Below are positions 10,114 to 18,396 of a stretch of 64,000 nucleotides of DNA, piece after piece; positions within the stretch are counted from its first letter, which is position 1, and each line of letters starts with the position of its first letter. The notes under the pieces are model-generated. The model worked only from the letters and a program-made list of their open reading frames with translations, was not told where the DNA came from and searched no databases. Position numbers and translations under genes: made by a program. Origin of the DNA: a virus; the IMG/VR virus record IMGVR_UViG_3300020182_001907, one strand, 5' to 3'.

Positions 10114-10765
10114 TACCTGGTCCGAAGTAGAAAAATTTACTGATAAAAATCTAAGAATATCACCCACCTATCTTTCAGAAGTTGGAACAGGAAAGTATCC
10201 TTGTGAAGCTTTTAGTTTGGGCCAGCTTGCAAGTAAAGCGTGGCTAATACGTTGTATTAATCAATATGTTAATCCTTTACAAGCTAATGTAACCGTTGCT
10301 ATTTTAGGCAGCTGGATAGGTGTATTAGTAGAATTTTTACATCAAAGTTTTCTTATTGATCGAATCTATGGCATAGATCTAGACGAATTCAGTATAAAAT
10401 TAAGCGAGGAACTTAATAAAAAACATGTCAACAATTCATGGAAATATAAAGGTGTAGTAGCAGATGTTTTGACACTGTCTACAAACAATATGGAATTTCT
10501 TACTGATAACGAATTAATAAATGTTAAACCTGAATGGATTATAAACGCCAGTTGCGAACATATGGGCTCTCAATGGTTTAATACTGCGGATTCAGATCAG
10601 TTAATTATTATGCAAACAAATAACTATCATAGATGGCATGAGCACACAAACACTGTGGACAGTATAACAGACATGCAAGATAAATATCCATTATCTAATA
10701 CCTTATATGCAGGAGAATTAGATATGCCATTATACACTAGGTACATGCAAATAGGATATAAGTAA
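10103..10765 (+). CDS. Class I SAM-dependent methyltransferase-like protein
   Basis: SKAWL, ILGSWIG, GIDLD and INASCEHM motifs. Confidence 0.75.
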   Translation: MKLNTWSEVEKFTDKNLRISPTYLSEVGTGKYPCEAFSLGQLASKAWLIRCINQYVNPLQANVTVAILGSWIGVLVEFLHQSFLIDRIYGIDLDEFSIKLSEELNKKHVNNSWKYKGVVADVLTLSTNNMEFLTDNELINVKPEWIINASCEHMGSQWFNTADSDQLIIMQTNNYHRWHEHTNTVDSITDMQDKYPLSNTLYAGELDMPLYTRYMQIGYK

Positions 10766-10908
10766 TGGGTGATAACGTCGACAAAGCCCAAGCAATATTA
10801 GAAGGCCGTTGTGAGGAATGTGGATGGAAGGATGCACATAATGTGAGTTGTTCTAAAAATGCTATGCCAATTCAGTTAGAGCTAAATTTTGGGTGTATAA
10901 CCCCTTAG
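10765..10908 (+). CDS. Small zinc-finger-like protein (47 aa), not in ORF track
   Basis: TAATG-coupled to upstream gene; MGDNVDKAQAILEGRCEECGWKDAHNVSCSKNAMPIQLELNFGCITP. Confidence 0.6.
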   Translation: MGDNVDKAQAILEGRCEECGWKDAHNVSCSKNAMPIQLELNFGCITP

Positions 10909-11174
10909 ATCCCACTAAAGTATAAATTAACAGCATCCTGTTTGTGCTTAAAGTAAACAACCGTCTCTTCCATTAAGCCATCATACGCTATTGCGGTGTT
11001 TTCTTGCTCTATTTGCAATTGCCTATACCTACGTTTAAGTCGGTCATTACGTTTACGAGTAGTTATATTGTACTCTTTATAATTCCATGTAATACTAACA
11101 AACGCTTCCCAAGGACCAGGCGCAGTATAAGGATGCAATTGTAATGTTGCTATGTTATTATTATGGTTGTGCAT
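10905..11174 (-). CDS. Hypothetical protein
   Basis: ORF in minus-strand gene train. Confidence 0.55.
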   Translation of the reverse strand: MHNHNNNIATLQLHPYTAPGPWEAFVSITWNYKEYNITTRKRNDRLKRRYRQLQIEQENTAIAYDGLMEETVVYFKHKQDAVNLYFSGI

Positions 11175-11523
11175 CGTTCTCAGCAAAAATATTATCTAGT
11201 ATTGAGGCAGCTTCATAACGTATAAACGTATCCGCATCAGCAATGTCTAATAAGATTTCTATTTTTGTGATATTGTTTGGAACTCCAATCTGTGATAAAA
11301 TTTTATCTATTTCAGGCAGTAGAATATCGTTTCCTAATGCACCCTGATTAACTTTATATTTTTCACCTGTTGTTAAAGTTACAAAGATACTGTCCAACAA
11401 CTCTAGTGGTATTGATTGCTGATTATCATGTCCTGTGTTTAAAAACTCGTGCAATACAGACGTTGGATTTGATTTGCCTTTACTTAAAATAACAATATCG
11501 GGACCTTGTTGTTTATTTGACAT
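11161..11523 (-). CDS. Hypothetical protein
   Basis: ORF with AGGAG Shine-Dalgarno. Confidence 0.7.
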   Translation of the reverse strand: MSNKQQGPDIVILSKGKSNPTSVLHEFLNTGHDNQQSIPLELLDSIFVTLTTGEKYKVNQGALGNDILLPEIDKILSQIGVPNNITKIEILLDIADADTFIRYEAASILDNIFAENDAQP

Positions 11524-11549
11524 AAAACTACTCCTAGCTATATTATTAT

Positions 11550-12179
11550 TTAGCTAAGAGTAGTTTTTTTAGGACGTCCTGGACCTTTCTTTGGAACAAG
11601 CTCGGGATTTAATTCGTATGCTTGATTTATTTTTGCTTCTGCGTCCGCTAACATTGCTTCAGCATCTTCTTTCATTAACTGTGCTTGTACTAACAATCCT
11701 TCTGCAATATTACTATCGTCGATAGTTTCTACTTCCTGATTTGCTGTAGTTCCCTCAATGTCAGCAGTAGTGACACGAGTTTGTTGATCTTCTGGAAGGA
11801 TTCGGTTAGTTTTATGATTTTCTGATCGAGATTCTATCTTCCTAATTTCAGCATTAACTTCTGACAACATGATAGTTTGAGTAGGAGTAGGTTTTAGTAC
11901 TACTTGCGCTACTGGTACTTTTTTAATTTGTTTGTTATTATGCAACGAGTTTAATGCATTGTTACCATCAGTAAATGTTTTCCTTGCTAGTACTTGACTG
12001 ATGTCATTAGCCTCTTGACCTTCTGCACTTTGCACAAACATCATTAAGTCATCATGTGTTCTAGGATCAAGCTGGCCAGATTCTACTATTAAACAATTTT
12101 CTGGTTCGTTTGGAACTTCTCTATATAGCACAATACAAGGTCTATCTCCATATGCGCCCATGTGTTTCAAAACAGTCAT
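11550..12179 (-). CDS. Conserved phage hypothetical protein with C-terminal AT-hook-like motif
   Basis: GGAG SD; ends PKKGPGRPKKTTLS. Confidence 0.75.
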   Translation of the reverse strand: MTVLKHMGAYGDRPCIVLYREVPNEPENCLIVESGQLDPRTHDDLMMFVQSAEGQEANDISQVLARKTFTDGNNALNSLHNNKQIKKVPVAQVVLKPTPTQTIMLSEVNAEIRKIESRSENHKTNRILPEDQQTRVTTADIEGTTANQEVETIDDSNIAEGLLVQAQLMKEDAEAMLADAEAKINQAYELNPELVPKKGPGRPKKTTLS

Positions 12180-12180
12180 A

Positions 12181-12447
12181 CTATTCTCCCTTAGCTTCTT
12201 GCGCTGCTGCTGCTTCTTGCGCTGCTGCTGCTTCTTGCGCTGCTGCTGCTTCTTGCGCTGCTGCTACCCCCTCTAAAAATGCTCCTAGTTTGTCTCTAAC
12301 TGCACCAATCTGAGTGAGTTCTGGACCTTTAAAAGCTCCTCTTTCAGCAGACAAGTCGACAATTTGTAATAACGATTGTAAATCGTTTAAGTTGATACTT
12401 TCTCCAGTAGCTGGTGTAGGTGTTCCCTGTTGTAGTTGTTCGGACAT
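12181..12447 (-). CDS. Hypothetical protein with AAAAQE repeats
   Basis: AGGAGG SD; ERGAFKGPEL motif. Confidence 0.75.
   Translation of the reverse strand: MSEQLQQGTPTPATGESINLNDLQSLLQIVDLSAERGAFKGPELTQIGAVRDKLGAFLEGVAAAQEAAAAQEAAAAQEAAAAQEAKGE
12194..12265. repeat. Four exact tandem copies of an 18-bp unit (GCTTCTTGCGCTGCTGCT)
   Basis: Read directly; encodes the (AAAAQE)n tract. Confidence 0.95.
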
Positions 12448-12466
12448 TATTGTTCCTCCTATGTTA

Positions 12467-12733
12467 CTAGTGATATTTACTTTCTTTTATGACTTCAGGT
12501 CGTATTTTATGGCATAAATTAACAGTATTCTCTTTATCAATAACATTTTCAAAATAGATATAAGAATATCCAGTAGGGTCTACACGTACATGGTAAAAGC
12601 CTGTACTGTACTCATCCACAAAGTCTAATACTTCGTCCAGCATATCCTTTGTAAGGGTAATACGGTTACGAATTAGCGTAACAGCTAATTCGGTACCTGC
12701 CAACATAACAAACTCTGCCATATCAAGTTTCAT
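12467..12733 (-). CDS. Hypothetical protein
   Basis: ORF with ATGA overlap with the VWA gene. Confidence 0.65.
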   Translation of the reverse strand: MKLDMAEFVMLAGTELAVTLIRNRITLTKDMLDEVLDFVDEYSTGFYHVRVDPTGYSYIYFENVIDKENTVNLCHKIRPEVIKESKYH

Positions 12734-14088
12734 GATTCTCTCTCATAATGTACACTAGTACCAAAAGGTGCTTCAGGAGATTGCCCGTTATAGCCACCGT
12801 GTACAATAAACAGTGTCTCACAATAGTTTTCATCTCCCCAACTGTTCCAAGGGTATCCGTCAGTGAACATCACAAACAGTTTAGGATTGATACCCTGATC
12901 TTTCATGTAGTCCCAACAGCACATAAAGTCCGTACCGCCACCGCCCATAGATTCATATTCTAAAAATTCATCTATGTTATTTTCGTCAAAATCCTGAGGA
13001 TTGTGTACCTCAGTATCAAAACAAAACAAATGTATATTGAAGTTGGTATACTGATCCATGCAGCCTTGTGTCTCTGACAATATGTCTTGTAGCATATCCT
13101 GAGACATACTACCTGAAGTATCAATTGCAATTGCAATATCAATACTTTCATCATAGTCCATGCTGGGCAAGTAAAAGCCTGCATCAACTCCCTTACGGCT
13201 AGGACGTCTATACGTGTAGTCGCTCTTTACAGTGCTTTGTATTTTAGTAGGTAACATATCGCGCCAATTTAATTGAGGAGAAAGAAACTCGTTAATGAGC
13301 CTCCGAACACCACTGGGTAAATTGCCAGCATCCTGGCCACGTGCACTTTGCAATACAGTACTCTGTACTTCCTGACTGATTTGCTCTTTCTCTTCTTGGG
13401 TGTACCGAATAGGACCATTGGTACCATCATTGTTTCCAGTACCAGGAGCATCATCTTCCTCTCCAGCATCATTACCATCTAGATGCATATCAAAAGGTGA
13501 GTATTGTATTACTCTGCCATTCTCTTCTGCATCTGTGATCATCTCGTCATATAGTTCTTCTGACGTCTTACCACGAGCCTGATGATCGTATATAATTTGT
13601 ATACTTTCAATCTTTTTACCAATTCGAGCTTCAACCAAATCGCTATTTACAATCTTGTCGTTGGCAATGTTCCAGATGTCAGCTTGTCTTGTGGTGTTGT
13701 TAACGTAATCCACATACTGCTCATCTGTATCAAAATCCTTTCGATTCTTAGTGATCTCCCAGTCACGATTGCGTCTCCCCATATGATCATATACACAATG
13801 TAATACTTCGTGACCAAAGCCAAACTCGTTTTCCCCTTCGTGTTCGTTAAACATTGCAACTAAATTACGATTGTAGTAAAAGTTCTTGCCGTCTGTTGCA
13901 AGGGTAGGACACCAGCTTGTAGCATCTACTAGGTTAAGTCTGGTTGCTTGGTTGCCAAAGAACGGAGCACTCATTAAGAGTTTCACACGAGCTTTAATTA
14001 GGATATCTCGAATTTCTTCGCTAGATAAATCAGTTTCTGGGATATGAAAGCTGGGTTTTTTCTGGGCAGTAGTATCTTTAGTACTCAT
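12730..14088 (-). CDS. Metallopeptidase-VWA domain protein (DUF2201-like)
   Basis: TLATDG, HEVLH (HExxH), MIDAS DTSGSM, GGGGTDF and FTDG motifs. Confidence 0.9.
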   Translation of the reverse strand: MSTKDTTAQKKPSFHIPETDLSSEEIRDILIKARVKLLMSAPFFGNQATRLNLVDATSWCPTLATDGKNFYYNRNLVAMFNEHEGENEFGFGHEVLHCVYDHMGRRNRDWEITKNRKDFDTDEQYVDYVNNTTRQADIWNIANDKIVNSDLVEARIGKKIESIQIIYDHQARGKTSEELYDEMITDAEENGRVIQYSPFDMHLDGNDAGEEDDAPGTGNNDGTNGPIRYTQEEKEQISQEVQSTVLQSARGQDAGNLPSGVRRLINEFLSPQLNWRDMLPTKIQSTVKSDYTYRRPSRKGVDAGFYLPSMDYDESIDIAIAIDTSGSMSQDMLQDILSETQGCMDQYTNFNIHLFCFDTEVHNPQDFDENNIDEFLEYESMGGGGTDFMCCWDYMKDQGINPKLFVMFTDGYPWNSWGDENYCETLFIVHGGYNGQSPEAPFGTSVHYERES

Positions 14089-14119
14089 ATAAACTCCTAA
14101 TTTCTTAACCTACTCTTAT

Positions 14120-14164
14120 ATTATAGCAGATTTCACAGTATTGTCAAGCTCTAAGTGTTTGATT
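14120..14164 (-). promoter_or_regulatory. Sigma70-type early promoter TTGACA-N16-TATAAT (extended -10) with upstream IHF box
   Basis: -10 at 14120-14125, -35 at 14142-14147, AATCAAACACTTA at 14152-14164. Confidence 0.85.
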
Positions 14165-14174
14165 TAAAAGAGGA

Positions 14175-14233
14175 AATTAGTGCCCGGGCTGTAGGTAGGA
14201 GTAGGGAGTGTGTAGATTGCCCGGGCACCAATT
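14175..14233 (-). ncRNA. Stem-loop in the 3' UTR of the AAA gene: 15-bp stem, 29-nt C-rich anti-SD-like loop (terminator / putative sRNA)
   Basis: AATTGGTGCCCGGGC / GCCCGGGCACTAATT inverted repeat; loop AATCTACACACTCCCTACTCCTACCTACA. Confidence 0.55.
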
Positions 14234-14236
14234 AAA

Positions 14237-15349
14237 CTATACGATATACTTGGTATATCGCTCCGAAAAGACCTTGTATAAGTCTTTGTCAAGATCAGTT
14301 CGGATGTTGAACCGAATTTTGTAATCCTTCATAATGGTCTTGAAGAACAGGATTACTTGTTCGGGTTGAAAATTACTGTACGCAAATCGTACAGTGTTAT
14401 TAAAGAACTTCTTAAAGTCGCCCTTGATGCCATCTCGCTTGTAAATATTGTGGATTTCATAACTCAGTCCAACTACTAAGCTGGTCATTGCACTTACTTC
14501 GTTCTTAAGCTCTTTATCAATTGTAGTTACAGAACCGTCCAAGATGCTTTCTGGATTAGGTAAACGTCCTGCTGAACGTCTATGTTCCATAAACTTAGCA
14601 GCCATACCATCGCCTACTGAGCCAGCAATCTCTGCCTTACGCTCGTAATCAGGTGCAGCATCAAAGTCAGGATGCCACAAAGCGTCTGATACATCTACCC
14701 AACTACGTGGTGACGCCCATGCTTCGCTAGCACTCTTGGGGTCAAATGCAAACAAATCCTGTTTTGCAAAACTTAGATAACCAACTACATCAGGATGCAC
14801 TTCTTGATGGATGGCCCAGTCTTTCCAGTCTTCAAAGTCTACTACTAACTCAACATGTCGGAAACGATTAGCAAGGGGAGCAGGCATACGATATGTAACA
14901 CCTCTATCGCCCTGCCGGTTACCAGCCGCAACAATAACGACATTGTCTGGGAGGACATACTGACCAATACGACGATTCAGTATCAGCTGGTAACCGGCGG
15001 CTTGCACTGCTGGAGGTGCACTATTAAGTTCGTCTAAAAATAACACCACATTGTCATACTCTGAAGCTACTTCTGCGCTGGGCAGATCTGCTGGAGGGCT
15101 CCACTCCATAGTATTAGTGGACTCGTTTCTCCAAGCATAACCACGCAGGTCAGTTGGATCCATTAGTGCCAAACGGCAATCAATCAGTAGATTGTTACCA
15201 GGCATCACATCGTAGCAAATCTGGCTAACGATGTCTGACTTACCAATACCGGGAGGACCCCAGATGAACACTGGCTTTGGTTTGCGGGGATTTGTCATAG
15301 CACGATGAATAACGCCTACTGCTTGACTGGGTTTAACTGTAAGATCCAT
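14237..15349 (-). CDS. AAA+ ATPase (MoxR/dynein-related), partner of the VWA protein
   Basis: GPPGIGKS Walker A, LFLDELN Walker B, AAGNR, LANRF and SPRSW motifs. Confidence 0.92.
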   Translation of the reverse strand: MDLTVKPSQAVGVIHRAMTNPRKPKPVFIWGPPGIGKSDIVSQICYDVMPGNNLLIDCRLALMDPTDLRGYAWRNESTNTMEWSPPADLPSAEVASEYDNVVLFLDELNSAPPAVQAAGYQLILNRRIGQYVLPDNVVIVAAGNRQGDRGVTYRMPAPLANRFRHVELVVDFEDWKDWAIHQEVHPDVVGYLSFAKQDLFAFDPKSASEAWASPRSWVDVSDALWHPDFDAAPDYERKAEIAGSVGDGMAAKFMEHRRSAGRLPNPESILDGSVTTIDKELKNEVSAMTSLVVGLSYEIHNIYKRDGIKGDFKKFFNNTVRFAYSNFQPEQVILFFKTIMKDYKIRFNIRTDLDKDLYKVFSERYTKYIV

Positions 15350-15381
15350 AAACTACTCCTAATTTTTTAACCTACAATATA

Positions 15382-15409
15382 ATTATAGCACCTATTTGCT
15401 ATTTGTCAA
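15382..15409 (-). promoter_or_regulatory. Sigma70-type early promoter TTGACA-N16-TATAAT
   Basis: Perfect hexamers with TGC extended -10. Confidence 0.85.
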
Positions 15410-15414
15410 CCTTT

Positions 15415-15756
15415 TTACATAGTCCAATAACGTTCTGTGAAAGGATCAGCACTGCTGCCTATTTGGTTAATGCTCATTGATAGCGTGATTTCTTTACCAG
15501 TACCTGGTGCAATACCAGTACGAGTAACCTGGCGCTCAATATTAGCCAAATAATGTTCAGATTCAGCAATACCGTAAATGAACTGAGGATCAGTGTCTAT
15601 ACTGTAAGTAGACAGATTTTCATGAGCCTTCTTGCTCATTCTAGTTAGAGCAGCCTTCGCAGCACCTAGGGACTTATAACACGTTGTCTCACGGTAAGAA
15701 TTACTGCTTCGGGCTTTAACAATTGCGGTGGTCTTTAAATCGTATATTACAAACAT
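15415..15756 (-). CDS. Hypothetical early protein
   Basis: ORF with own promoter; YKSLGAAKAALTR motif. Confidence 0.75.
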   Translation of the reverse strand: MFVIYDLKTTAIVKARSSNSYRETTCYKSLGAAKAALTRMSKKAHENLSTYSIDTDPQFIYGIAESEHYLANIERQVTRTGIAPGTGKEITLSMSINQIGSSADPFTERYWTM

Positions 15757-15788
15757 ATTTTCTACTCTTTTTATTAATGTATGCGTAT

Positions 15789-15833
15789 ATTATAGCAGGA
15801 ATACAGGATTTGTCAAGCTGTAAGTTATTGATT
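15789..15833 (-). promoter_or_regulatory. Sigma70-type early promoter (N16) with IHF box
   Basis: -10 at 15789-15794, -35 at 15811-15816, AATCAATAACTTA at 15821-15833. Confidence 0.85.
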
Positions 15834-15855
15834 TATATAGACCAAAAAAAAGGTT

Positions 15856-15882
15856 AAAAAAAGCGGGCAATTGCCCGCTTTC
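15856..15882 (-). terminator. Rho-independent terminator
   Basis: AAAGCGGGCAATTGCCCGCTTT palindrome followed by a U-tract on the minus strand. Confidence 0.85.
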
Positions 15883-15898
15883 TGGGACGGCCTTCAGC

Positions 15899-16171
15899 TT
15901 ATACTAAGCCTGCTGCCAATGCTTTGAAACCAGCAGCAACAACTGCGCGGCTTGGGTTACCAAGACGATAAAAAGTCTTAGTACGGCCCTTTGTGTCAGT
16001 CTTTTTGTTTGCGTAGATAGCAAACCCTTTCATACGAAGAGCTGATACAGTTGACCGTGCATTACCTACACCAAATCGAGCTTCGATTTGAGCAGCAGTG
16101 AGACCACGATTGTTAGCTTTGAGAGCCTCGAGTACACGAGCTTCTTTAGTTACAACTGTTGAATTAGTCAT
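15899..16171 (-). CDS. Winged helix-turn-helix DNA-binding protein
   Basis: LTAAQIEARFGVGNARSTVSALRMKGFAIY..YRL pattern; AAGGAG SD; own promoter and terminator. Confidence 0.75.
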   Translation of the reverse strand: MTNSTVVTKEARVLEALKANNRGLTAAQIEARFGVGNARSTVSALRMKGFAIYANKKTDTKGRTKTFYRLGNPSRAVVAAGFKALAAGLV

Positions 16172-16228
16172 TAATGACTCCTTTACTTAGGTTTAATTGT
16201 GCTGTGCTTTATTGCGCAACATGTATTA

Positions 16229-16256
16229 ATTATAGCAGGTCTTAGCTCTTTGTCAA
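16229..16256 (-). promoter_or_regulatory. Sigma70-type early promoter TTGACA-N16-TATAAT
   Basis: Perfect hexamers. Confidence 0.8.
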
Positions 16257-16568
16257 GCGTTTTTTCATGTTTTCTGTAATTTTTTTCATATTTTTTATGA
16301 TAAATTGCGCAGATTCTGGATTATCAGCAACTAGGATTTGTAGTTCAAAGCATAGTTCTGCTAATTCATCTAACTGAGACTCGTTGCCAAACTGAGGTAA
16401 GTTGTCCCAGAATGATTCAGAATCCCAGTTCAATACATCCCCATTTTCGTCAAAGGATATTGTAAGATTATTTAGGTCGTATGAAAGTTCTGCTAACCAA
16501 TCTGTGTTTTGGTTCTTATTTGATTTCTTTGGAAATTCTATGATATTTCCAGTTTTTTTCTCAGTCAT
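16242..16568 (-). CDS. Hypothetical protein
   Basis: GGAG SD; N-terminal NIIEFPK motif. Confidence 0.7.
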   Translation of the reverse strand: MTEKKTGNIIEFPKKSNKNQNTDWLAELSYDLNNLTISFDENGDVLNWDSESFWDNLPQFGNESQLDELAELCFELQILVADNPESAQFIIKNMKKITENMKKRLTKS

Positions 16569-16597
16569 TACGTTTCTCCCTAAATATTTTCATGATC

Positions 16598-17212
16598 TTA
16601 TGATTGGTATGGATTTAATAATATGTCTAATTGCTCATACTCTCTTGGTCCAAACAGCGTTCTTTCCAGGATATGATTAGCAACCGTATCTACATTCATT
16701 CTTTTTGTGTCATAACTTCCCGATTTATCAGGATCACTTCTAGCAGTTGCTATTCTTGTTAGTGTGTAGTGACTTAATCTACATTTTCTACGAGGAAGAA
16801 CAGTAAATGAATCAAATATGCAGTTTTTGTATGCCTCCCAAAGCCTAATATTTGTTCTCATATCTTCTTTAGGCATACTATTCTCCGCCATTTTCTCCGT
16901 CATTATATCTATAATAAACTGATATTTTAATGCACTGTTAACAACAATAATATGTTTGTCCGGAAGTTCTCTCCATTTAGAATATAGTTCGGTTAATAAT
17001 TTGCTTTGCCCCATAGGTCCAGTCATTATAAACGCATCAAGGTCGTTTTCTAAAACATTCTCAACACAATTTAAATGAGCTTCAGTGTCGTACCGAAATG
17101 TGTAACCTGTTGCTCTAGAGTAACCATATAGTGTATGCTGGTTATCCTTATGTAGTTGGTTGCATAGAGCTGTTCCTAGTCCACCAGTGTGACCAGTAAT
17201 TCCAATTTTCAT
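16598..17212 (-). CDS. Short-chain dehydrogenase-like Rossmann-fold protein
   Basis: KIGITGHTGGLG and GYSRATGY motifs. Confidence 0.75.
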   Translation of the reverse strand: MKIGITGHTGGLGTALCNQLHKDNQHTLYGYSRATGYTFRYDTEAHLNCVENVLENDLDAFIMTGPMGQSKLLTELYSKWRELPDKHIIVVNSALKYQFIIDIMTEKMAENSMPKEDMRTNIRLWEAYKNCIFDSFTVLPRRKCRLSHYTLTRIATARSDPDKSGSYDTKRMNVDTVANHILERTLFGPREYEQLDILLNPYQS

Positions 17213-17715
17213 TGTATGTATTCCTCCCAACTTGGATGTTTAACTGTGAAAGGCATCTTCTTCCTGTTACTTGCTAGTTCAAAGTAGGTGGGTTGATATG
17301 GCTTTCTTATAGGTTTAATAATTTTGTGCCCTTTGTGACTATTGCATTTAGCACATGCTGTAACAATATTAGTCCATGTTGTTTTACCGTGATGCTTTAT
17401 AGGTATAACATGATCTAGTGTACCGTTAACCCTGGTTACATCTGTTTCGCAGTACTGGCACACAAACATGTCGCGTAATAATACACAATATTTGCTGAAC
17501 CTAGGTGCTCTGTTTTGGTTGACATACTGCTTAACCATTATCACAGCAGGCACTTGTGTTTCCCATGTGGGGGAACTTACAATCCAATCGTCATACCATT
17601 CTAGTACGTTAACTCTATCTAACCAAACATACTTGATTGCATCTTGCCAACTAACTGCACTTAATGGCAAAAAACTTATAGGTTGTGCGTCACTATTAAG
17701 TATTAAAGTGTCCAT
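17209..17715 (-). CDS. HNH endonuclease (McrA-like)
   Basis: RD...CQYC, TLDHVIP and WTNIVTACAKCNSHKG motifs. Confidence 0.92.
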   Translation of the reverse strand: MDTLILNSDAQPISFLPLSAVSWQDAIKYVWLDRVNVLEWYDDWIVSSPTWETQVPAVIMVKQYVNQNRAPRFSKYCVLLRDMFVCQYCETDVTRVNGTLDHVIPIKHHGKTTWTNIVTACAKCNSHKGHKIIKPIRKPYQPTYFELASNRKKMPFTVKHPSWEEYIQ

Positions 17716-17716
17716 G

Positions 17717-18085
17717 TTATAAATATTCCGCAAATTCGTTTATATTTTTACCATTAAGCTGATACCAGGCAGCATCGTCCTCAGAGTAAAAAGTCGCATA
17801 TCTCATACTTATATAATACGGCCATAACATCTTTTTGTCAAGTACTATTATTGCTTTGTTGCTAATTTCTTGTATAACTGGATACGAATTAAATGCAAAG
17901 TGTTTGCATAGTACTGCATTACCATTAAATGTTAATCGTAATCCTTGGTGATGTCCATGACTAAATCTGTAGTTTTTAAATAAAAATGATAACGCTTTAG
18001 ATTTACTTACTTCTTCGTCAAACAGGGTGTTGACATCGTTATATACTGTATAGAGTATGTGTTCATGCAAACTTTTATACGTCAT
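17717..18085 (-). CDS. Conserved phage hypothetical protein
   Basis: GLRLT..G and LDKKMLWPYYI motifs. Confidence 0.7.
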   Translation of the reverse strand: MTYKSLHEHILYTVYNDVNTLFDEEVSKSKALSFLFKNYRFSHGHHQGLRLTFNGNAVLCKHFAFNSYPVIQEISNKAIIVLDKKMLWPYYISMRYATFYSEDDAAWYQLNGKNINEFAEYL

Positions 18086-18371
18086 GTTCCTCTACAACTT
18101 CACCCTGAGTAAGTTTAATTACACAAAACTTGTCTGTATTAAAAATTTTGTTTAATCTATCTCTTAAATTAAACGCATGTCCAGGATTACTAAAAGAAAC
18201 TTTTTTATATTTAGGTCCAGGATAATTTACTAGTGTATTTTGTGTTCTTAAATTAACAGGATTCCCGTCAAAGAATACACTAAAAATTGCTTCTGCACTT
18301 AGCACTTGTTCTGATTTATATGTATGTTTGTTAACTGCTTCTAGTAATATGTGTGGTTTAGGTCTACTCAT
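18075..18371 (-). CDS. Conserved phage hypothetical protein
   Basis: MSRPKP start; PGPKYKKVSFSNPGHAFNL motif; late box 5 nt upstream. Confidence 0.75.
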   Translation of the reverse strand: MSRPKPHILLEAVNKHTYKSEQVLSAEAIFSVFFDGNPVNLRTQNTLVNYPGPKYKKVSFSNPGHAFNLRDRLNKIFNTDKFCVIKLTQGEVVEEHDV

Positions 18372-18376
18372 ACAGG

Positions 18377-18384
18377 TATTTATC
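18377..18384 (-). promoter_or_regulatory. T4-like late promoter element (GATAAATA)
   Basis: 5 nt upstream of ATG at 18371. Confidence 0.6.
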
Positions 18385-18396
18385 AAAAAACATGTT

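Noticed and set aside
12194-12265. CRISPR array
   Set aside because: Tandem repeats here and at 56703 lack spacers and are coding; no cas genes
17209-17715. HNH gene as a mobile homing endonuclease or intron
   Set aside because: Compact McrA-like HNH coupled to its neighbours; no interrupted host gene
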